Shown here in pieces: positions 32,933 to 48,600 of a DNA stretch of 64,000 bases (positions are counted from its first letter, which is position 1; every line of letters begins with the position of its first letter). Source of the DNA: the human T2T-CHM13v2.0 reference genome, Homo sapiens; NCBI RefSeq assembly GCF_009914755.1, contig NC_060929.1; one strand, 5' to 3'. The notes beneath the pieces were generated by a model. The model was given only the letters and a program-made list of their open reading frames with translations. It was not told the DNA's origin and did not search any database. A program made the position numbers and the translations under genes.

Positions 32933-33159
32933 TCATTTCTGTCTTTTAAAACTGTCTTTCCTCATGTCTGGTCAACCTCTACCACGATGTACCTTTTGCA
33001 TCACACTTGAACTCTGACATTGCCCATGCCATCTCTCTTGGCTAGGGAGAACAGAGGGAGCCTCATCCTTGCATGTCCACTTCTCATTTTCCCTGACCCC
33101 ACGGCCTTCAGATCTGGAAGATAGGTGTCATTCTTCCATGAAAATGCTTAATAAAGATA

Positions 33160-33262
33160 TATGTGCAGCAAACCACCATGGCACACATTTACCTATGTAA
33201 CAAACATGTACATCCTGCACATGTACCCCCGAACTTAAAATAAAAGTTGAAAAAAGAAAAAC
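33160..33262 (+). mobile_element. Short 5'-truncated older L1PA 3' end
   Basis: GCAGCAAACCACCATGGCACA...TGCACATGTACCCCCGAACTTAAAATAAAAG. Flanking repeat AAAGATATATG at 33152-33162 and 33263-33273. Confidence 0.85.
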
Positions 33263-33744
33263 AAAGATATATGAGGAAAAGCTGCTATGATGTTGGAGAT
33301 ACGTGGGTCTATTTGTCAGAGCAGCAGTTATTATCTTAACTAATCCAGCATGTGATAAATACACTAGAAAATAAAACACAGGCCAATCCCAAGGCCCTTT
33401 TCAGGCCTACTTGTATCAGAACGACATTTTCAGTGCCAAGTCAACATTAGTCTCTTAGATGGAGGTCAAGAAGTGGGAGAAATTTGTTATACTGGCACCT
33501 CTATTTGGGTAGAAAAATGACTCAAAAGGTTTAAAGGTGAAAATGAGAGCAGGAGAATGTGAGTGCTGGCTGCCACTGACATGGTCATGTGAGCTGCCTG
33601 GACAGCGGTCTAAGCAGGCCCTAACTTGGAGGCAGTCTGGAGCAAGTCTGGACCTCCATATTCAACCTTCATACCCAATTCCAGAGATTTCAAGAAGTGA
33701 TAACAAACTATAGAAATGATCCCCCAAAGTAATGAGTTTAGTAA

Positions 33745-33900
33745 CAGGAATAAAGTTTCAGTCCAGCAAGATGAATAATCTCTAGAGATCTGCTATACCT
33801 ATAGTCAGAAATGATGTACTGGACACTTACTTAAAATTTTGTTAAGAGGGTACATCTCATGTTAAGTGTTCTTACTGCAATAAAATACAATTTTTAAAAA
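33745..33900 (+). mobile_element. L1MA-like 3' fragment
   Basis: CAAGATGAATAATCTCTAGAGATCTGCT...TTAAGAGGGTACATCTCATGTTAAGTGTTCTTAC. Confidence 0.7.
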
Positions 33901-36900
33901 GAAGAAGAAGAGGTAGGCTCCGCAGGTCTCAATATGTCCTAGAAGGATCCTGTGTTACCTCTACAACCAGAGTTGGTTGACAAAGCAAATCAAAGAAGCA
34001 AATTCATTTATTCATCCTTCCATCCATTCACTATTTTTTTTTTTGAGTACTTATTAGGTATTCCTAGGAAGTTTCTGGTGGTGCAGGGTCCAGCCATCTC
34101 AAATCCTACTTTACATTTCCCAAGGAAATGTGGAGGCCACCAAATAGTCTGGAGAATTCCCCAGACCCTCACTGGGGTGGCAGAGCCATGAGGACCTAGC
34201 ACTTTTCCACAATCAATCATGCGCTTGCTCATTCAGGGGAAACCACCCGAGGCCCTAAGTTTGGGGACCCACACCGAAGAACTGAGAATGGCTAGACGTC
34301 TTTCTGCTCCCACAGAGTTCTGCGTCATTAATGCTGGTCCAGGATCCATAAGTCTGACCTTAGTTTTACATGAGTGAATCTGCTTCAGAAAGGATTTTTA
34401 AATGTCCTCTGTGAGAGGCTTAATACGTGGGGAGCACAGCCTTCTCTAATGAGACCAATGAATGGACAATACAAGGCGGTCAGTGACTGAAACGGGAAAA
34501 AAAATGGCAATAATGGTCTGTCCAGGAACTTTCCTCTCTGAGTTAGATCTTTACACTTTGAATTCTAAGAACAGTCTCTGAGAATAGGGATGCCGCTCTT
34601 TGATAGAACATTCCTCTGGCTTTTCAGGCATGTTATAACCAGACAGTGCACTGCATGGCTGATGAACTGACTTAAGAGTATCCTGAATGTTCAGAGAAAA
34701 TGAGGGAAGGTAGGAAATCACAAAGTGACCTTCCTTTCCAATGAAAATAGAGCAAATCACTAATTTCAAAACCATTAACATGGAAAAACGGCATATTTCT
34801 TCTGAGAACAGGACACAAAGGCTCTCCAAGGAGATTGCTGTGACATGATTACCAGCAACATTTAAGTTTTCAAAAACATGCCAAGGAGGCTATTCACTAA
34901 GAATGTGTAGCGGCAAAGTAGTTGCTTCATTAAACTTAAATAGCCGTGGCAGGGCTGTGCTTACAGACTGCACTACCAAATTATACATTTCTTTTCTGGA
35001 TGCTTCACTGACCTCATTATGTGGAGCGCAGAATTTGTCATTCCAAATAAAGTGACCATCCAAGTCTTTACAAACATGTCCATCAGGCGCTTGATGAGTC
35101 TGCAGAGTGAAACACTGGCCAGCCCAATGAATTTTAAAAAATACTTCTCTTTTTGTTGTCTCATTATTTTCTGCTAGGTGCTCATTGTCACGCTTACAGG
35201 GCACAGTTAAGCAGTAAGCAGGTGAAATGCCTGTTTCTGAGCATGAGGGAGGTTTTGATTTGGGGGTAATGGCATATTCTTGAGAAATGTATAAGCCCCA
35301 GTGATGAGTTAGAGGGAGAAAAAAAACCTGACCAGCATAAAGCAAGTTGGATCCGGGGAGAGTTACCATAATATGTTCCTAGTGTACTACCTTAAAGTTA
35401 TATTCAGAGTTACTTATCATTTCTCATCCACATGATTAATTCTGATTCTCAGCCACAAGAAGTATCCAAAATATCAGACAGATCTTTTTTTTTTATTTAA
35501 AATTACTGTATTTTCTCTTCAGCCAGGTAAAATCCTCTAGTTCTGCTGAAGGCAAATCAAGTAACAATTATCATATTTAGACATATTTTTCCCTCAAGAA
35601 GTACTTATGAAATTAATTCAGATTTTGGAGGCTATCCATTTTTCATTTAATTTTAATTATATAGATGAAAATGGCAATTAAAAATCCCACAACAATGCTA
35701 TGTGTTCAAAGACACAGCGACAGCTGAATTGCACTTGTAAATAACAACTGGCTCCTACACACGGAGCCCCACTGAGCTGAGGGAGGGGGGTTGCACAGAT
35801 GAGTTCTGGGCACTCGGGAACAATGAGGGCACATCAGAAAAGTTTAAACATCAAGTTCAAAAATTGAGAGGAGCAGGCAAAACATAATGAGACATTCATG
35901 GGACATTACTCAGGGATGAAAAATTAAAATGTACTCTTCAAATGATATTCAGTGTGACCAGCAGCAAATAGCTACCTGTCCAGCATGCATAAGGAAAGGC
36001 CTGAAGGGTACAGCATGCTGGTCAGGATGTCTGATAATACAAGAGAAAAACATCTCAGTCACAATGAAAGCTAAATGTGTTCTAAGGACTGAAGGCTCCC
36101 AATTTGTTTTTGGGCTCACACACATTTTTTTTAAAAATCAGCATCCAAGTGAAAGCCTATCATGAAGGACGTTGATTTGGGATTCATTTCCAAGTTGTAC
36201 CTCACTTTCCTCTGCATAAGCAACCCAGTATTAGCTAGACAGATGTGCTAATTCTTAACCCAAGCCTCCAGAAGCCTAGAATAAAGCCAGTTGTGAGCTT
36301 ATTTTAAATCAGGGTTCCTTGGAACTTTCCTCTTCCTCGTTTCACCCAGACTACAGGGAGGCTGCAGTCTTGTCCACTGGCAGGGCAGTCTAAACTCTGC
36401 ATTCCATCAGGCTCAGGTAGGCTGGGCCTCCCTGTGCATTCCCTGGAGCACTTTCAGGCCCACAAGGACCCACAACACATTTGGCTGCATTACTTTGCAT
36501 TTACACACAAGATAAGCAAGGTCACTCAGCTTGCCAAGGAATATGAAGGCTAAACCTCCTTGGACTTTGCATTTCATCCCCCTCCTAGGCATGACAGATG
36601 AACTCTCTATCATATGCTACATAATACCAAACGTCCTCAAAACACCAATTGTTCTTTCATGTATACTCTACAGAAACAAACCTGTCTTGAGTGTTCCTTC
36701 ATGGCCTTTTCACACATTTAGCTTTTGAGTAAGGAGCTGTCTGGGAACCTTGGGGTTGAGGAGACTGAGCTCTGGTTTTGGGTCAGGGAGTCCTGGCTTT
36801 GAACCACCACCCAGCTGCTTATCAACAGGAGAGTTACTTGACACTGAACCTCAGTTTCCCCCCGAGACTGAGGACCTGAGGTAGGTGTGGGCCTGGCAGG

Positions 36901-37479
36901 TAGAGGACTTTTGATAATGGGAAGTAGTTAAGTCTGTAGAGCAACAGGATGAGCTCAGAACAACGGGGCCAGGGTAGGGGTACAAGGGGCACCTTCCAGA
37001 TCCCACCTCTAGGCTCCTCACTCAGCCCACCCTCTTCTACAGTTCTCATTACCCCTGCCCCCATCTTCCCAAGCCAATAGCTCATGAAGACACAACTACT
37101 GACATCTGCTTTGATAGTCTTGTATAAACAGGTAAAAAAAATCACAGGAACTCCCCCTGGAATTACTTTCCTTGGCCTTAGACATGGCTTCCCTCCTCTA
37201 AACCCCAACACACATACTCACATATACACACAAAAAATACAGATTCTTTTTGATTGGCTCCCTAAAATGGGTCCAGTCTTTTAAACAGTCAAGATACCAA
37301 ACAAGCACAAGAACAAAGTAACACATAGCCAAGGACCGAGTTACCCGAGATCACTTTATCACTTGCTGTCTGCATAGCCTGTATCCTGGATTCTTGTGGA
37401 CCATGAAATGGATGGAGAATAGGGTCTCTCTCTTGGTGATGATACTTATTTTCTATGTACCTCAATGCAAAGCACTTAT

Positions 37480-37526
37480 GAACCTCTTTAGGGAACCTCT
37501 TTAGGGAACCTCTTTAGGGAACCTCT
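37480..37526. repeat. 13-bp tandem repeat (GAACCTCTTTAGG), about 3.6 perfect copies
   Basis: Direct reading. Confidence 0.95.
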
Positions 37527-38689
37527 GAGGTGCTATTTTTTTCTAACTGGAACACATGCCCACTCCCTGCACTTGCTCCCTGGCTGGGACCTGCCTGCCT
37601 GTATGGGCACAGCATGCATCATGGCCTGGGTGGCTGCATCAGTCCCCTGCATCTTGGTACAGAGTGGCCTCTCTTCCACACCCCCACCTGTTGGAGTGCT
37701 GGCTCCATCTGGACTTTTTCAGTGGGAGGACCGGCATGCTGTCTCCACAATCCTCCTGGGAAGCCAAGTGTGTAAGGCCTGTTAGAAATGCCCACAGTGT
37801 GTCAGCTTACACAGAACACCCCCTTAAGTCACTTAGCCACTCAGAAGGAAGGTCCTGAATCAAATATCTGTGTTGTTCTGTTTGTTTGTTTTTTTTTGTA
37901 GGCCCAGCCCTGCCAAAAATAATGGGTGAGGTTTCTTACCCGGATTCAGCCTGTTTGATAGAAACAAAAACAACTTTATATTGAGACTGAATTAAATTAT
38001 TATCCAGGCAAAATAACTAAATAATATACAGAGGTCTACCCTTACACGTTTTCATCTGATGGTACTTTTCCTTCAGGACAGACAAAAAAATTACACTATT
38101 GATAGCAACAGTGTGAGTGTATTTTTCTATTTTCATAGCACTATTCATTTTCCATCTTCTAAGTACTTAATAAATACAGTAGGCCTTTACTGCCTTCTAG
38201 GGTGAAAATAACACTTATGCCCCCACGGAGCTCATTCATTTGTTTTATGGGCTAAAAAAATCTCTAGCGTGTCACAAATTAACACAATGTTCCTGAGGAC
38301 GGTGTTTTATTCTTGAATCTCCAATTTCACTAATAAATGTGAAAAATACATGTAGCCAGATAAGTCCCAGGAGACCAGCCACTGCAGATGCTGAAGAAAG
38401 CAAGTTATTCCAGCTAAGATCAGCATTAACTTCAACACCAGAGACTGTTTGTTTCCCAAATTCTCCTTCAATTGCCTGTTATAAGGCAAGGAACTTGGTT
38501 TCTAGTGACCAACCAAAAATCCAAAAGAAATAGGTTTTTTTAAATTTAAGTAAAGGAGATTGTCAAAAAAATTTTTTTTAAAATGTTCAATTCTCAGATA
38601 ATGACCTTTTTCTAGTCAGAGGTCCTATCTTGCTTCTAGGCCATGGACCCCCCACTATTATCTCTGAGAGAGATTTGTTATTTTTTTCT

Positions 38690-39770
38690 TAATATTTTTA
38701 TTATGAAAAGTGTCAAATAGAACATGATAGTAAATCCACATATATCTTATCCCAATCTAAAATTTTTTATGCCAATATTTTTATTTTACTTTTTGCATTT
38801 CCTTCCCTTTGTTCATAAAAATTATTTACACTATTACAGGAGAATGTATATATGCCAATCTAAAAATTAATCAAGATTTTATCACATTTGTTTCACCTAT
38901 CCTTTCTTCCTTCCTTTTTATTATGATTTTAAAGTAAATCCCAGAAATCAGTCATTTCACCCCTATATACTTCAGTATGAATTTCTAAAAATATGAACAT
39001 TTCTCATATAACCACACAGCCATTATTTTATCTAACAAACTTAATATTCCCTTGATATCATCTACTACCCAGACTATATTTAAATTTCCCCAATTGTCTC
39101 AAAAAATCTTTTGGTTGGTTTGTTTAAATGGCCCAAACAAGTTGTACACATCATATTTGGATGTTATTCATCGTATGTCCCTCTCAGTCACATCGGCCTC
39201 TCCCTTTCTTCCCAAGCCATTGTCTGTTGAAGAAATTCACGTAGAGGTCCTCTAGAGCCCTGTCCTAATCTCCATTTTTTAAATTTGTCTGTCTTCTTGT
39301 GTTACCATTTCACTTGTTCCTCTCTTTCCTGTATTTTCTGGAACCCCAGGATTGGCTTGATTCATTTCAGGTTCAACTCTCAGGCAATACTAGCTCATAG
39401 ATGGTACTGTCTACTCTTGGTGCATCACATCAGATGGCAAGTAATGTATGGCGGTCCCACTTTTAGTGGGCTCAGGGAAGTCCCCAGGTACACAATTCTA
39501 AGGGTCTAATGATTGCATCCACTGATGACAGTTGCCTGAATCAATTATTTCATTTGGGAGCTATCCAATTATGCTTTTCCAATTCTAACTTCCCTTCTAT
39601 ATTTAGTAGCTGGAATTCTTTTGGAACAAAGAATCAGTGCAATCTGGTTAAATATGATTTACACAAAAAAGTCATGAGCACTGCTTAATTCTTTCCTATG
39701 ATAGCCAGTCTTCAGAGTATGGAATTGGTACCTTAGTTATGTTCTATAATAACTGAGTTGTATTTGTTGT
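38690..39770 (-). mobile_element. Degraded old L1M (L1MC/ME-like) fragment
   Basis: AAAGTAAATCCCAGAAATCA...CCCAGACTATATTTAAATTTCCCCAATTGTCTCAAAAA motifs. Boundaries are approximate. Confidence 0.6.
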
Positions 39771-39783
39771 TGTTTATACTATT

Positions 39784-40149
39784 TGATATGGTTTGGCTGT
39801 GTCCTCACCCAAATCTCATCTTGAATTGTAGTTCCCATAATTCCCACGTATTGTGGGAGGGACCTGGTGGGAGATAATTGAATCATGGGGGCAGGTCTTT
39901 CCCATGCTGTTCTTGTGATAGTGAATAAGTCTCACAAGATCTGATGGTTTTATAAAGGAGAGTTCCCCTGCACATGCTCTTTTTTGTTTGCTGCCTTGCA
40001 AGACGTGACTGTGCTCCTCCTTTGCCTTCTGCCATGATTGTGAGGCCTCCCCAGCCATGTGGAACTATGAGTCCATTAAAGCTCTTTCCTTTATAAATTA
40101 CCCAGCCTCAGGTATGTCTTTATTAGCAGCATGAGAATAGACTAATACA
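39784..40149 (+). mobile_element. THE1 (MaLR) solo LTR
   Basis: TGATATGGTTTGGCTGTGTCC...AGACTAATACA. 5-bp TSD CTATT at 39779-39783 and 40150-40154. Confidence 0.95.
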
Positions 40150-41655
40150 CTATTCTTAAAGATCCACCTGTCTTTATTGAAATTAAAAAAAAAAGTCAGA
40201 CCACTACTACATAAGAAACTCTTCTTAAGTATACAGAAGATCTGGATTTGTGATTTAAAGGGACACAAAGCAAGTCAAGGGCATCATCCCTGCCATTTTG
40301 CAGTGCTCTTGGAAGGAAGGCCAGATGCTGTTTTCCTTGCCTGTGTTGGTACCTAAGACTTTTGTCCTTATGGTAGATACAATCTTTCCTTAGGTCCAAC
40401 ACTCCTCAACAACTTTCTATATTTACCCGTCCCTCAGGAAAAATGAGAACAATTCTAAACCATTATCTTCTTTTGCTTATTGCTGCACAGATCACTTGGT
40501 GCCACTTGCCCCTGCAGACCTCCACTGTATCTTATTTATGGAATACATCTGAAGGTGGCCCAAGGCTGTGGAAGGGGGTCAGGAGAACTAATGCCTCTGT
40601 AGACTGACTACTCAAGGTCATCATGCCTGTATAGCTCAGGCTTTCTGATCCAACAGGAAGCCATTCCCACCCAGAAAAGCCTGCAGGTGCCATGTGGCAG
40701 AACCATACCCTGCTCCAGCACCATGCTGGTGACACATTAACACTCGGGGCAAGCTTCCACTGTGGGAAGGATCTGTGTATGCACGAGAAACATTTCCCCT
40801 TCCTTCTTCTCACTAATAAGGGTGAAAACATTTAGGCAGTTCATAGGTATTCCCCACAGAGGCATTTATAAGCCTTCTTTAACAGTGGCTGACAAGTGTC
40901 TCTGAGACTGACAGCAATCCAGGGTCTTTCTTTTTTGTTCTCTAAGAGCAGGGGCATTTTCTGCCCATGATTGCCTTGTTTTAGTGACATGCATCTGTCA
41001 GTTAGATATTAAAACAGAGTAATAATGGGAAGATAATATGCTGGCTCTGTCCACATACTTTGAGAGGGAAGCATTCATGAAAAATGTGTATTTTGGGAAA
41101 TCGAGATGCTCATGTGCCCATCTGCATTTCTATTTAGTTTGAAATTGAGTGTAGAATAGCAAAGCAGTGAAAGAACAAATAATGTAGGGGTGGACTCTGA
41201 GGAGATTCTGAAATGGTTCTGCAGACACCAGTGTGGGGCTTGTTGCTCTAAGAAGGAGGGGAATGGGTTAGGAAATGCATGCCAAGGAGGCTGGCCAGGA
41301 TGAAAGTGGTTTTTGTTGTAGTTGTTGTTGTTTTTTGGTTTTTGGTTTCCCTAGAATGCATTGAGAGCTGCTGAACCAATGAACCAGCAGGAAACAGCTT
41401 CCATGACTCTGTAAGTGGAGGACTTTCACGCATTTTGAAAAAGAGCAAATACTTTCTTATAAAGCCAAGGTGAAAGGGAAGTGCACACTATAAATAAACG
41501 AATACAAGCAATTTGGTTCCCAAAGATCTTTCTAGTAAATGGTTCTGTGCTAGAAAGTAATATTATTACTCAGATACTTAGATCTCTAGTCATATGTTTA
41601 GGTCCTGACTTCTTGGCTAGTGTAAATAAAAGCATATCCTCTAATACATACATGA

Positions 41656-41657
<2 letters not shown>

Positions 41658-41698
<41 letters not shown>
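41658..41698. repeat. (CA)20 microsatellite
   Basis: Direct reading. Confidence 0.97.
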
Positions 41699-41700
<2 letters not shown>

Positions 41701-41984
41701 CTCTATAGAAGGCCATCTTTATGCTAGCAATTCGTTGTAAAATCTCATCATCCTAGACTTGACCACAGAGCCCAGTGACTACTAAAGTATAATCTCTACC
41801 GCAAAGTTGTAACATGAGGATAACAGAAGGAAAATAGCTGCCATTATATTGGGTGGGAATAGTCAACTGGACTAGAGTAGAAGCCAGAAATCACTAGCCT
41901 CACCAGTAAAAACTGTTAACAATTTTCTTTTTAAAAAGCAAAGCGGGGGAAGGCTATTTGGTGATAATAATAATAATAATAATT

Positions 41985-42530
41985 CAGCATGTGAGCGTTG
42001 GAGTTAGATACCTTGGGTTTGAATCCCTTCGATTTTCCATCTACCAGTTATGCCTCCTTAAGCCAGGGATAAAATAGTGCCCATCTCAGAACATTTGAGG
42101 ATTAAATGAAATAACATATATAAAGTGCCTAGCACAAAGCTTAGCACACAGCAAACACCACTGGCTGCAAGGATTGTGTTAGGGCCACAGCAGCCTCAAA
42201 TGTTTCCAGGGTGCCCTGTTGCTTTTGCTATTTCTGTTCAAGCCAACAAACATTTATCACTATACTGACATTAACATGAGAGGCAGAGTGGAGAAGCAGA
42301 AACAAAGCTCAGGAATCAGACACATGGCTGTGAGTACTGGCTTTTGCCACCAGTTACTAAAGGTACAACCTTGGATAAGTTATTTAACTTTTCTGTATGT
42401 CAATTTGCCCACCTGTGAAAAAGGAGAAGGTGACTTCCTCGCAGTCATTATAAGACTTTAAATTGTGGTTTTAAAGCCCACAGAGTCTTTAAAGTGTCTT
42501 ACCCAGTGGGTGCTCGCTGAGTGGTAGCTC
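41985..42530 (+). mobile_element. Two adjacent MIR fragments
   Basis: TGGGTTTGAATCCC...AAAGTGCCTAGCACA and CCTTGGATAAGTTATTTAAC motifs. Confidence 0.6.
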
Positions 42531-43532
42531 TCATCATTATTAGAGTATTATAGAAGGCTCAGGAAAGGGACAGAGGTGGGCCTCTTGAATCTTGCCACTG
42601 GATGGCATGATCCTGGGCTGGGGAGGATGGGCCAGAGCTTGTCATTGGAACAATGGGGTAAGTAAGACTGAGGACACATACGAAGGCACAGTGGGAACCT
42701 AAGGAAAGTAGGTGTTACTGGAAGGTGAAGTATGCAGAGAATATTATCTTAAAATACAGCATCAGTACAATATGGAGTACAAAATTGTCTCCCTTTGTTT
42801 TTGGCTTCAAGGGGTAAAATACGGGGCTCTGGGGAGCTAGGTGGGCCACTATAGCTCTAGGAGCTTTCCATTTATCCTCCCCAGGTTTTCCCAAGAGCCA
42901 GGTACCATTTTGGCTCCAGAATGAGGTAGCTACTCTGAAGCATTTTGTACAGATACAGAGGAATGAATGGTCCTATTTTTTTCTGGGGAAGAGATATCTT
43001 TTCTCCCCTTTCCTAACAACAAAGGGAAGAATCAAACTAAATTTGTACTTCCATTTTCATCTGCTGATCCCAACACTTCTAGAAACCAGGGACTCTCTTC
43101 ATCTTGTTTACGCAGAGCTCAGCACAGGACCCACTTAGATGTTTACTGGGCACATAGTGGGAAATGTATGGTTTCTAAAAAAATAAAATAAAACAAAACA
43201 GGGACATACTAAAGTGGAAATTTACTACTTTTGGGTATCTGGGTCATAAGGATCTGGACATTTGAAAGAGGCCAGAATACACTGTATCATGATTTTTATT
43301 AAGTTCTACTTTCAAGGTTACATAAAATATGCATCCTGTTCAGTAGCGGAGAAAATACAACCAAAGCTAATCCATGATGATAGTGCATATATACACAAAC
43401 AAAGCATGCTGATGTCTCTAGCCTGGTCTGTTCATAAACTGGACTCATTTCTTAGATTTACAACGATAATCACTATGGCAAATTCAATAACAGAATTTTC
43501 CGCTGTATGCCTGTCATTCTCTTTGGTATCTC

Positions 43533-43830
43533 TTTTTTTTTTTTTTTTTGAGACAGAGTCTCGCTGTGTCGCCCAGGCTGGAATGCAGTGGTGCGATCTC
43601 GGCTCACTGCAAGCTCCGCCTCCTGGGTTCACGCCATTCTCCTGCATAAGCCTCCCGAGTAGCTGGGACTACAGGCGCCCACCACCACGCTCGGCTAATT
43701 TTTTGTATTTTTAGTAGAGACGGGGTTTCACCGTGTTAGCCAGGATGGTCTTGATTTCCTGACCTCGTGATTCACATGCCTTGGCCTCCCAAAGTGCTGG
43801 GATTACAGGCATGAGCCACTGCACCCAGCC
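43533..43830 (-). mobile_element. AluY
   Basis: TSD TCTCTTTGGTATCT at 43518-43531 and 43831-43844. Confidence 0.96.
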
Positions 43831-44753
43831 TCTCTTTGGTATCTTTTTAAAGCCCTTAAATGCTTTTGATTTACATAAAACTAAAAGCTGGGAGAATTAA
43901 AAATTACACAGATAATGAAGATGAGTTCCTAGGTGAATTACCCATTACTGTGGAGGTTTTTGGATATTTTCATTAAAAAGAGTAAAAAGGCCATCTAAAG
44001 ATACTTGTGTATCTACAAATGATTGTAAAGTCATTCTCTTTATTTCTTTCCAACTCCCATAAGCCTCTTTTATTAGCTTCAAGGAATGAAGCTCCAATCT
44101 GCTTCAGTAAACTGCATTATTTTTTAAACTACAAAAACATACGCGATTTCTTTACATGAGCAATCTTCTTTAATGGCAATGCAGTCATTGGGAAGACTGC
44201 ATTCACAGGAATAGTTTATAGAACTTCCCTCCACCTGACAGAACCTCTCTACTTTCTTCTTATTTATTTATTTATTTTTTTTACAATATTATTAGGACCC
44301 ATTGCTTTTTCACAAGTGCTTGGCATATAATGGGCACTTAAGCATATTTGCTGACTCACTAAATGAATAAATACACTAGCTGGATATCAAAATTTATATC
44401 CAGGTTAGGTGACACAATCACAGGGCTAACACAGACCTCCTATTTAGAAATACAATATCTTCTATCTGACTTAACTTCTAAGCAGTCCAGTATTAACTGC
44501 TATTTGATGGTAGCCTCTATTTTTTTTTTTTTGCATGAATTTTGGATAATCCTTATGTTCATTACCAGACTTGAAATCAGGCACTCTGATCTAGGGGTTA
44601 TTTAGGAAAATTAAGAGGCAGGCCATGAATCTGAACTCTTAACTTAGTAATGGCTTGCAAGCATCTCTAAAACAAAGCATCCCTAATTCCCTTCCCTACT
44701 TGCACATAAATCTCTTTAAGTTGGTATGGAGAATATTGTTGAAAAAGAAGATT

Positions 44754-44826
44754 GAAAGGAAGAAAGAATGAAGGAAGAAAGGAAGGAAGAAAGGAAGGAA
44801 GAGGGGGAAGAAAGAAAAAGAAAAAA
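44754..44826. repeat. Polypurine GGAA/GAAA low-complexity tract
   Basis: About 73 nt with a single pyrimidine. Confidence 0.85.
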
Positions 44827-45202
44827 TAAATGACGAAACGAGTGGATACAGAGCCAAAATAGTCCCATTTTTCTATCAATTCAGGACATGTTGAAAGTGT
44901 AGAAAAGGAGGATCTCAGGCTCAAAAATCTTCTCATCCTGTCTACCAGGCCCAGGTCCCGATTTGCTGTGTGAGGCAGTGTGTGAGCATGGTGGGAGCTG
45001 TGTTTCTGCCCCCACCGATTTGAAACTCATGTACACATTTTCCCACTGGGAATAAAATGTCTGGTTATAGTTGGAATGGTATCATTACTTCCATATTCAG
45101 AAATATTATTAGGTGATTGAGCTTTTATGAGCTGGTTCAAATAGTCACATGTAGCTGTTGGTTGGGATAGATAGGCAGGCAAAAGTGGCACAGTGGTATA
45201 GG

Positions 45203-46007
<805 letters not shown>

Positions 46008-48253
46008 TAATATATGTATATACAGGTGTGTATATATATTTACACATGCACATATGTCTTTAAGAGTCATAAAGTAAAATTTAAGCAGATTCTCAGTTAC
46101 CTTCTTGGTGATGCTCAGGCTACACAGAAAGTAATCTATAATCCCTGCTACACACCGAAAGAGTGTTTGCTGGGGTGTGCTGGGCAGAGATGACATGGGC
46201 TTTTTTGAGAGTGGGTGATGAGCCTTCACACCTCCGGAAGAACAGTTTGGCAGTATGTATCAATAACCTTAAGATGGCTGTGCTTTTCCTTTTAGAAACT
46301 GATTTTTAGGACATAATGTTTGAGCCTTTTTAAAAAAGGAATTTATCTTAGGGACATAATCAGAAATGCAAACAAGGACTTATGCACGATCTGCAGTACT
46401 TTTTAATACTCTTCTACACTCCTTTCTAGTAGCACAACATGAGATAATCATCCAACAGCCAGGGAAAGGTTAAATAAATACATAGTGTATCCATATCCTA
46501 GACTACCAGTGAGGGCACTAACATGAGTTTATAACATGTTTAATAGCACTGGAAAACACAATATAAGGCTTGGTGAAAAAAATTGGATAAATATTTATGT
46601 TTGTAATTTCAAGTATAATTCAGAGAGAGAAAGATGGTATATCAATATGTTAATAGTGGTTCTGGGTAGCAAGTGATTCTTAATTTACTTTCATTGTTTC
46701 TGCTTTTTGTATTTTTGAAATTTTCTAAAATAAATTTTTATTATATTTAGAAAAAACAGTTGAACAAATAGCATTTTATAACCCTCAGGAGGGAATGCAT
46801 ATTAAACTGCCTCCTGAGAAAACAAACAATAAACACAAGCCAAACTAGAGCAAGCAACCAAAACTCAAAAAAGCACATGCCCTCGCCATAAATAATCCAA
46901 AGGCAACCACAGAATTTCCTTTATTCCGTAGGTGCAGAAAGGACATTACAGATCTCCAGGTAAAGAAATTCAACAATGTTTCTCCCCAGCAGCCTGCTCC
47001 TAGAAACAGCTGGTTCAGTAGGAAGACTCCTGGGTCAGGCCCCAGAGGCTCCAGGCTCTTTGCCACGCTGCAGACTGGCATTGAGGCCACTAGTGTGTCA
47101 TTTGCTTTCCCTCAGCTTTGGGTCTCTCAACAGTAATATATAAAAACTAAATCAGCTTCTGTGAGCTATACCAGGCTTTGTCAGAATAAAATGAAGTGAC
47201 AAATTCACAAATGTCCCCAGCTACAGAGCACTGCAGCAATGTAACAAACGGTCATCAGTGGTCACCACCACCAAGTTCATGCCTGAACCCTTCAGTGGTC
47301 CTTTGCCCCACTTGGGGGCAGTCACAGATGTCAACAGTAGACAGACAATGACCCAGACAGGATATACTCTTTTTTCCTCATACATCTACAATGTGTCTAA
47401 ATTAACATCTGGTTACCTTTTTTTTTCTTTTTAACAAGAAAGATGCCAATTTAAATTAAAAATCCATATACTTTACAGAAGTCATATTCTTGCTAGAGAA
47501 GACAAATTATAAACAGGAGCCAGCAGCAATAATCTGCCAAATTTTATAAAGCATCATTTATCATTCCTCTTTGGAATTTATATATCCAAATTGTCCAGAC
47601 AGCAATTGTATATTTAGACCATGGGGCCTTATGAGAATTGGTGGGTGTAGTCACCTGTTTTATAAATGAGGAAACTAAAACAAAGGGATTTTATGATTTT
47701 CTTAGCACCATAAGTTAGTGGAAGAACCTGATTAACTCGATTTCTGACCCAAATTTCTATGAATTGCTACCACTATTATTATTTAATACTGACTAAATGG
47801 ATATACTATGCAAGGTGACCTTGGTTGTTGTTTTTGGGGTGAGAGTGGGGTGAGAAGAAAGAGTAGGGAAATTCTTTTTAATTCTTTTACAGAATCGAAA
47901 AGCTTTCTTCCCCCAAGATTAGAGTTAACAAAGAAGGTGATTTCTGCAGTTATGACAAGCATATTCCACAAAAAAACTCCTGAGTTTCCTAATAACACTG
48001 AGTAGGAGTGAAGGCATAAAGGAAAGTATCTGCTCTTTTGATAAGACTCAAATTTTGAAACAAGGAGAATCCTGGTATTTAATGCTTGGGCAAGACCATG
48101 TGTAGTAGCTGCAGAATTTCATGACTAAATTTTACAATACATAGTTGCAGCAGCTATCACTGACATTGATGAGCACCTCGGATTTTTGCAATCCACATTT
48201 TATTAACTTAGGGGAGAATAGAACATAATTCTCAGCTCTGTTGATCTGATTCT

Positions 48254-48600
<347 letters not shown>

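Noticed and set aside
34551-35369. 92-aa and 159-aa minus-strand ORFs
   Set aside because: No recognisable domain or exon structure; consistent with chance intronic ORFs.
41600-41760. (UG)20 tract as a second cryptic-exon site
   Set aside because: No convincing acceptor/donor pair adjacent on the minus strand.
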